From an uncultured Bacillales bacterium (GTDB taxonomy: Bacteria; Bacillota_I; Bacilli_A; RFN20; CAG-826): a stretch of 64,000 nucleotides of DNA. The translations under genes and the position numbers were made by a program. The DNA lies in NCBI GenBank assembly GCA_946409515.1, contig CAMJWS010000002.1, forward strand, positions 76,506-140,505. The letters run 5' to 3'. The notes below the pieces were generated by a model that saw nothing but the letters and a program-made list of their open reading frames with translations, searched no databases and was not told the origin of the DNA. Positions 58,597 to 64,000 of the stretch are shown here, piece after piece. Numbering within the stretch: position 1 is the first letter of the stretch; each line of letters opens with the position of its first letter.

Positions 58597-59841
58597 TTAT
58601 TTCTTCTTTTTCTTGATTTTGTCCCAATATTCTTTGAACGTTTGCTCATTCTTATTCTCTTGTGGGATGTAGTATTTTCTCTTCTTTAAATCATCTGGTA
58701 AGTATTGTTGTTCCACATAGTGATTATCATAGTCATGTGGATAAAGATAATGCTGTCCTTTGACTTTAGCATCCTTACCATCAAAATGGGTATTTTGTAA
58801 GTTTCTAGGTACAGTTGCACCCTTACCTTGATCAATATCCATCATCGCTGAGTCAACCGCTAAATAGGCAGAGTTACTCTTAGGGGCTGTAGCGATTAAA
58901 ATTGTGGCGTTCGCTAACGGCAACCTTGCCTCAGGCATACCGAGTTGAAGCGCACTATCAACGCAGGCTTTAACAATTGGAATGAGTTGAGGATATGCTA
59001 AACCTACATCTTCACTAACTGAGCACAACAATCTTCTGCTCACAGCAATGATATCTCCACCCTTAAGTAACTTTGCTAGATAGAAGATTGCAGCGTCTGG
59101 GTCACTACCTCTAAGCGATTTCATAAATGCACTTAAAGTATCGAAGTGTTTATCTTCACTTCTATCGTAAGCAATGTTGGCTTTATTAACTAATTCACCA
59201 ACAGCGTCTAAATCGATAACATTCTTACCGTTAATCGCTCCATAGACAAAGTCTAAGTTATTAAGCGCTTTACGCATGTCCCCGTTACTAGCGAGGGCTA
59301 ATGTTTCTAAAGCATCTTCTTCAATCTTAAGACCGAGTTTATCGCACGCTCTTAAAAGACCCTCTTTGATGTCATCAACCTTTAAGGCTTTGAATTCAAA
59401 GACAGTGCAACGAGATAAAAGCGCTGGATAAATATAGAAATATGGGTTCTCAGTTGTGGAAGCAATTAAAGTGATATCACCAGATTCCACGAACTCTAAA
59501 AGAGACTGTTGTTGTTTCTTATTTAAGTATTGGATTTCATCCAAATAGAGAAGAACACCATTACCATTTAAGAAACTATCGGCTTCTTTAATGACACTCT
59601 TAATGTCGTCAATCGATGCGTTCGTGCCGTTTAGTTTATACAAAGACAGCTTAGAGCTCTTAGCGATGATATTAGCAAGTGTTGTTTTACCAACACCTGG
59701 AGGACCATAAAAAACCATGTTGGTTAAGTGATTGGCCTCAATACTTTTTCTAAAAACAGAGCCTTCGTCTAAAAGATGGTGTTGACCCACCATTTCCGAT
59801 ATTGATTCAGGACGTAAAAGATCCGCTAAAGGCTTTTGCAT
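58597..59841 (-). CDS. rarA: replication-associated recombination protein A (RarA/MgsA)
   Basis: PLADLLRP...VGQ, Walker A GPPGVGKTT, DEIQ, C-terminal MgsA domain. ATG 59841 is preferred over TTG 59856. Confidence 0.9.
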   Translation of the reverse strand: MQKPLADLLRPESISEMVGQHHLLDEGSVFRKSIEANHLTNMVFYGPPGVGKTTLANIIAKSSKLSLYKLNGTNASIDDIKSVIKEADSFLNGNGVLLYLDEIQYLNKKQQQSLLEFVESGDITLIASTTENPYFYIYPALLSRCTVFEFKALKVDDIKEGLLRACDKLGLKIEEDALETLALASNGDMRKALNNLDFVYGAINGKNVIDLDAVGELVNKANIAYDRSEDKHFDTLSAFMKSLRGSDPDAAIFYLAKLLKGGDIIAVSRRLLCSVSEDVGLAYPQLIPIVKACVDSALQLGMPEARLPLANATILIATAPKSNSAYLAVDSAMMDIDQGKGATVPRNLQNTHFDGKDAKVKGQHYLYPHDYDNHYVEQQYLPDDLKKRKYYIPQENKNEQTFKEYWDKIKKKKK

Positions 59842-59889
59842 ACCTAAATCATACAAGCAAATCTATAAAAATGGAATAAGAGATAACGA

Positions 59890-60477
59890 TTATCTATGAA
59901 TACCTTCTCTTGTTAAGAGAATCTCATTAGCGGCTGTTGATAAAACTAATGTGCTAGCTAATTCAATAAGAAAATTCCATCCCACTAAGCCAAAGATGAT
60001 AAATGCCCAAGCATTTGGGAATAATTCATTGCCAGAGTTAGCGGCTAAGAAGTCTTTAAAGAAGATGAAACTGCCGAGAATGAATAAGCCTGTGTTGATT
60101 ATAGGCACAAGTGCTGCCGCAATAGGTGTGGCTACGTGAACATTGATAAGCTTTCTAAGAAAGCGATACACAAGTGAGCTCACTACGCCTGCTAGAGTGC
60201 ACTTTAGCAAGCAGACAAGCACGGTGCCCACAGGTGATAAAGGCATGAAGACGGCAATTGTGGATGGTGAAAGTAAGGCCATGATGCCATTAAAAAAGCC
60301 CAGTATCGCTGCGGATATGGGTCCACCAACAAAGCCAGCAATGACCACAGGCACTAACGAAATGTTAATGTTAACTGTGCCAATTTGTAAATAGTTACCG
60401 ATTAATTGGAAGATGATCTCCAAAGCTAACAAAAGTCCGGTAATAACAATTGTTTTTGTGTTGAAATGTTGTTTCAT
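59890..60477 (-). CDS. ECF-transporter substrate-specific (S) component, substrate unknown (folate/pantothenate-family-like)
   Basis: About 6 TM helices and the pattern TKTIVITGLLLALE...ISLVPVVIAGFVGGP, typical of ECF S components. No EcfA/T genes nearby. Confidence 0.6.
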   Translation of the reverse strand: MKQHFNTKTIVITGLLLALEIIFQLIGNYLQIGTVNINISLVPVVIAGFVGGPISAAILGFFNGIMALLSPSTIAVFMPLSPVGTVLVCLLKCTLAGVVSSLVYRFLRKLINVHVATPIAAALVPIINTGLFILGSFIFFKDFLAANSGNELFPNAWAFIIFGLVGWNFLIELASTLVLSTAANEILLTREGIHR

Positions 60478-60620
60478 AATTCCCCCTATAGGCCATAAAG
60501 GTCCCATGAGTACGAATTGATTATACTGGACAAAGGACGAAGGTTAAAGCAAAATATCTACACAATACAATAAATTTGTATTAAAATAAGACCATAGAGA
60601 ACTTTGGGATACTATAATCA

Positions 60621-61712
60621 ATGAATATTAAAAAGTTTGTAAGTAAAGCAACCGACGGTCTTTTGGACGACGTTTTTAGACGATCATTCTTGGTGTCTGT
60701 TCTTTCGTCATTGGCTGCGATTGTTATGATTGTTGCTGCAGTTCCACATTTTATTGATGATCCATGGCCAAAGGTTATGGCCTTCGTTCTTCTAACTGCT
60801 GCAGTTTTATCTATTGCCATTCTTTTACTTACTATCTTTGATAGAAAGCACCATTACATCTGGCGTCGTATCTTTATGACAATTGTCATTTTCTTCTTTG
60901 GGTACTTGTGCTATGACGGTGGTCCACAAGGTTTCTTACATCTTTGGATTCTTTTACTTCCTGCTTTCTCATTCATTACCTTTGGTATTTATGAAGGTTT
61001 TATCACTTCTTTACCAGTTTTCGTTGTGATGGAGTTGTTCTTCTTTGGACCACTTCATAGTGTCTTAAAATATCAAGATTTAAATGTTGACTTCAGACTA
61101 CGTATGACTCTTGTCTATTTAGTCTGTTTATTACTCGGTTTCTTCGCTGAACTTCTTAGAAGAGTGGCGGCTAAGCGTTTAAGTAGTTATACAGAAAACT
61201 TCAAATACGCTTCTATGCACGACTCTTTAACAGGCTTAGCAAACCAAAACTTACTTGCTAAGTATTTAGATGAAATGTATGAAAATAGAACTGAGGAATC
61301 TTCTCTTGGTTGTTTATTCGTCGACGTCGACTCATTTAAAAACGTTAATGATAAATACGGCCACTTATTCGGTAATGTCGTCTTAATTAGAATTGGTGAA
61401 ATCCTCTCCCAAGAAAAAGAAGCATTTGTCTGTCGTTGGGGTGGAGACGAATACGTTGTTTGCTTTGCAAATATTAGCGAAGATGTCTTAATGCGTATTG
61501 GTGAAAAATACCGTGCAGAAATTGCAGCGTGCAGATTTAAAGATTATCCAAAATTCCACATCACTGTTTCCGTTGGTGCGGTTGTTATTAAAGTTGATGA
61601 ATCATTCAACTTCGACCACGTTCTTGATTTAGCAGACTTCGCTAATAGAACAGCGAAAAACAACGGTAAGGATAACGTTACCTTATCTAAAGCCGATCAA
61701 GCGGACGCTTAA
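60621..61712 (+). CDS. membrane-anchored diguanylate cyclase (multi-TM sensor + GGDEF domain, GGDEY variant)
   Basis: The N-terminal ~185 aa has 5-6 TM helices. The C-terminus reads DSLTGLAN...VDVDSFKNVNDKYGH...RWGGDEYVV...SVGA...ADFANRTAKNNGKD. Confidence 0.85.
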   Translation: MNIKKFVSKATDGLLDDVFRRSFLVSVLSSLAAIVMIVAAVPHFIDDPWPKVMAFVLLTAAVLSIAILLLTIFDRKHHYIWRRIFMTIVIFFFGYLCYDGGPQGFLHLWILLLPAFSFITFGIYEGFITSLPVFVVMELFFFGPLHSVLKYQDLNVDFRLRMTLVYLVCLLLGFFAELLRRVAAKRLSSYTENFKYASMHDSLTGLANQNLLAKYLDEMYENRTEESSLGCLFVDVDSFKNVNDKYGHLFGNVVLIRIGEILSQEKEAFVCRWGGDEYVVCFANISEDVLMRIGEKYRAEIAACRFKDYPKFHITVSVGAVVIKVDESFNFDHVLDLADFANRTAKNNGKDNVTLSKADQADA

Positions 61713-62207
61713 TTACTTAAGTAAACTTGCTAAATAATCGTTAACTTCTTGTCTTGAATTTAAGATATGAATGTTAACGTTTTTATATTGCTTTAATAAA
61801 GTTTCTTCTTCTTTTCTAGTGCGTTTTTCATAATCGATAGTCCATTCGATTAATTCCACTGCGTCCTTTTTAGTTTCTACCCAAGGAATGTCATCTCTAA
61901 CTTCCCCGATTCTTTCTAAGATGCCTTCGATACACTCTTCACGTGGCATCTTTAAAAAGAAAACATCTGTCGCATACTCTAAGCGTTGTTTTAATGTATC
62001 ATGGTAATTTCCATCAATAATCCAGTTTTCACCCTTTAAATAAGGTAAAAGCTTTGCTTCTAATTCTGGATAAGAGATAGATTCCTTATCTTTATTCCAA
62101 TAGAGATTATCCATATGCACGACAGGTAAACCATTAATTTCACTAAGTTTTTTAGCAAAATATGTTTTGCCTGCGCCTGGACAACCTATGACTAATATTC
62201 TTTTCAT
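61713..62207 (-). CDS. P-loop NTPase, adenylate-kinase-related / FlaR 'topology modulation' family
   Basis: GCPGAGKT Walker A, HMDNLYW and WIIDGNY motifs. Confidence 0.7.
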   Translation of the reverse strand: MKRILVIGCPGAGKTYFAKKLSEINGLPVVHMDNLYWNKDKESISYPELEAKLLPYLKGENWIIDGNYHDTLKQRLEYATDVFFLKMPREECIEGILERIGEVRDDIPWVETKKDAVELIEWTIDYEKRTRKEEETLLKQYKNVNIHILNSRQEVNDYLASLLK

Positions 62208-62287
62208 GCTTATTATCTTAATGATATTAGAATAAAAATTAAAGTATTTAACAAGACATAAACCTAAAAACTGGTTATATTATCAAT

Positions 62288-62725
62288 ATGGAACTATTAA
62301 CAGAACAACTTATTAGCCTTATTGATAAAGACTTACCACTTGTTACTAACTTAAGTAACGCGAGTGCTTTATTAAACACTTTAGAAGATATTAACTGGTG
62401 TGGTTTTTATCTTAAAGACGGAGACAACTTATATTTAGGACCTTTCCAAGGCGATGTCGCATGCACTGTAATACCTTTATCTAAAGGTGTATGCGGTAAA
62501 GCCGCGAGGGACGCTAAGACAGTTATTGTTCCTAACGTTAACGAGTTCCCTGGTCACATTGCTTGCTCTAGCTTATCAAAAAGTGAAATCGTGACCCCTA
62601 TTATTCTTAATAATGAAGTTAAAGCGGTCATTGATATTGACGCGCCTATTTATAATCGTTTTAACGAATCTGATAAAAAGTTATTAGAAGAACTCGCTAG
62701 TGTCCTAGCCCCACTTTTTAAATAA
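62288..62725 (+). CDS. msrC: GAF-domain protein, free methionine-(R)-sulfoxide reductase family
   Basis: WCGFYL...LGPFQG..AC..I....GVCG.A...VP.V..FPGHIAC...SKSEIV.P pattern of the fRMsr/YebR family. Confidence 0.8.
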   Translation: MELLTEQLISLIDKDLPLVTNLSNASALLNTLEDINWCGFYLKDGDNLYLGPFQGDVACTVIPLSKGVCGKAARDAKTVIVPNVNEFPGHIACSSLSKSEIVTPIILNNEVKAVIDIDAPIYNRFNESDKKLLEELASVLAPLFK

Positions 62726-62780
62726 TTCTACATAGTAGAAGATAATAACTCTACTAGTCACTATATCCTTTAAGAGAACG

Positions 62781-62809
62781 CTCTACCTCATAAGTAGAGT
62801 TTTTATTTT
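62781..62809 (+). terminator. intrinsic terminator after the GAF gene
   Basis: CTCTAC-ctcataa-GTAGAG hairpin followed by TTTTTATTTT. Confidence 0.7.
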
Positions 62810-62871
62810 AATAGTTCACTGACCTTTTAAATCTTATCTTCTAAGATAATGGCAAAAGGAAGGTAAGCGTT

Positions 62872-63549
62872 ATGAACTATAAAGCAAATATTGAAGAAAT
62901 TAAAATCCCAGAATACACGAAAGGACAAGAAGTATTTAACACTATTTCTCATGTCTTAGGTATTCCTTTAGCCTTTATTATTTTATTTATTGGTTTATTC
63001 CGCTTAATCATTAGAGCGATTGATATCACTGATTTCCTTGGCTTATTAGTGTTTGTTATCACTATTGTTGATGTTTATTTTGTCTCTAGTTTATATCACA
63101 GTACCGACGCTACAACATTTAATAAGAAACTATTTAGAGTCTTAGATCACTGCACTATCTACTTGTTAATTGCAGGTACCTACACCCCAATATGTGTTGT
63201 TTTAATGAGCGAACATGTTGTGGGCTTAGTAATGTTGCTTGTAGAATGGGGATGCGCAATTATTGGCATTGTCCTTAACGCCTTCTTCTTTAAGAGTAAA
63301 GTTGTTCAAGTTATATCGTTAATACTATATTTAGCAATGGGCTGGCTTGTCTTATTCTGTGGAGGGTTCCTCTATATGAGTGCGATGAGTTTTGGCTTTG
63401 TTTTAGCGGGTGGCATTATCTATTCAATTGGGGCAATACTTTACGCAGTCGGTAAAAAGAAGAACCTATATCTACACAGTGTCTTCCACGTCTTTGTTTT
63501 AGTCTCCACGATTATCCAAGCCATTGGCGTTTTAGCGATGTATTTTTAA
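62872..63549 (+). CDS. hemolysin III / PAQR family membrane protein
   Basis: 7 TM helices, with SHVLG, LYHS, DH..IYLLIAGTYTP and HVFV motifs. Confidence 0.85.
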   Translation: MNYKANIEEIKIPEYTKGQEVFNTISHVLGIPLAFIILFIGLFRLIIRAIDITDFLGLLVFVITIVDVYFVSSLYHSTDATTFNKKLFRVLDHCTIYLLIAGTYTPICVVLMSEHVVGLVMLLVEWGCAIIGIVLNAFFFKSKVVQVISLILYLAMGWLVLFCGGFLYMSAMSFGFVLAGGIIYSIGAILYAVGKKKNLYLHSVFHVFVLVSTIIQAIGVLAMYF

Positions 63550-63553
63550 TAAA

Positions 63554-63580
63554 GAAAAAAGAGGCAAAGCCTCTATTTTC
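63554..63580. terminator. bidirectional terminator between convergent hlyIII and mscS-like genes
   Basis: A-run, AGAGGC-aaa-GCCTCT hairpin, then ATTTTC. Confidence 0.6.
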
Positions 63581-64000
63581 CATCAAATTCTTTCTCGGTT
63601 TTATCAAGAGCTTTTTTCACTCTTCTAACCATTGAGTTACCTTTAGACTTTTTGACATTGATTGGTTCAAGTCCTCTAAGTTTTCTTTGCTCTTGTAAGG
63701 CAATAGTAACTTCTTCCTTAGTGGCCTTTGGACGATCTTTTTTATCTTCCGGATTAACGGTCACTTGTGGATATGGAATTTGGACATTATTGTTCTTAAA
63801 TAAGAGATAGAATTCGCGTTTTAAGTCTCTAGTAACTTGGAATCTATTAGATTCATCAGTGAAAGCGATGACTAAGAAGTCAATGGAAGAAGCATTGATA
63901 TTATCGATGCCTTTATACCAAGGACCTTCAATAATGTTAGGAACTTTAGTTTTTAAAGCTTCAACTTCTTGAATGATAAGAGCTTCCACTCTTTCGACAT
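63573..64000 (-). CDS. MscS-family mechanosensitive channel, C-terminal part (gene continues beyond window)
   Basis: The C-terminal beta/alpha domain pattern (...SSIDFLV...F.LFK.N.V.IPYPQ.TV) is typical of MscS/YkuT. The frame is open to the window edge. Confidence 0.6.
   Translation of the reverse strand, partial: VERVEALIIQEVEALKTKVPNIIEGPWYKGIDNINASSIDFLVIAFTDESNRFQVTRDLKREFYLLFKNNNVQIPYPQVTVNPEDKKDRPKATKEEVTIALQEQRKLRGLEPINVKKSKGNSMVRRVKKALDKTEKEFDGK

Noticed and set aside
60478-60620. A riboswitch (preQ1, THF or other) in front of the ECF S-component gene.
   Set aside because: Only about 45 nt lie between the best -10 (TATAAT) and the RBS. I could not match the preQ1 (A-rich tail) or THF consensus by eye. 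An Infernal scan would be needed to change this call.
1-64000. Possible TGA=Trp recoding (Mycoplasma/Spiroplasma code), and CRISPR arrays, IS elements, prophage genes, and rRNA or tRNA genes.
   Set aside because: All conserved genes are full length in the standard code, and TGA terminates trmK. I saw no spaced direct-repeat arrays, transposase or integrase genes other than the chromosomal xerD, or tRNA-like T-arm motifs in the intergenic regions.

Overview
This is a 64-kb stretch of core chromosome from a low-GC, genome-reduced Bacillota/Mollicutes-type organism, my guess being Acholeplasma-like. All genes read through in the standard code, and TGA is used as a stop (for example, trmK ends in an ATGA overlap). 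The gene order follows the Bacillus subtilis 'yq'/'yr'/'ys' regions as I recall them, but is strongly compacted. The content is almost entirely housekeeping:

- **Plus-strand block (1-21.6 kb):** cdd-era-recO, glyQS, dnaG-sigA, trmK, nfo, ispG, rpmG, efp, plsY, parEC, and yqeG-yqeH-yhbY-nadD/yqeK.
- **Minus-strand block (21.9-60.5 kb):** deoB, xerD, dinB, xseAB-nusB, tkt, aspS-hisS-relA, two ABC exporter genes, recJ, secDF, ruvAB, nadE, obg, rplU-prp-rpmA, radC, valS, engB, lon, tig and rarA.
- **Small mixed block (60.6-64 kb):** a membrane GGDEF cyclase, a FlaR-like kinase, a GAF/fRMsr protein, hemolysin III and a partial MscS gene.

I saw no rRNA, tRNA, CRISPR array, transposase or phage genes, and no convincing multi-gene novel system.

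The most interesting locus is the 361-bp gap at 21.6-21.9 kb where the two blocks converge. It carries a near-canonical 28-bp XerCD-type dif site, so it is probably the replication terminus. The same gap holds a cluster of DnaA-box-like 9-mers. It is flanked by an orphan, extended MazF/PemK-fold gene with no antitoxin and apparently substituted catalytic residues.

Other points are a valS T-box, a likely leaderless dinB promoter, a GGDEY diguanylate cyclase, small unannotated ORFs and several operator-like palindromes. All calls are made by eye from the sequence and from remembered family motifs. No searches were run.
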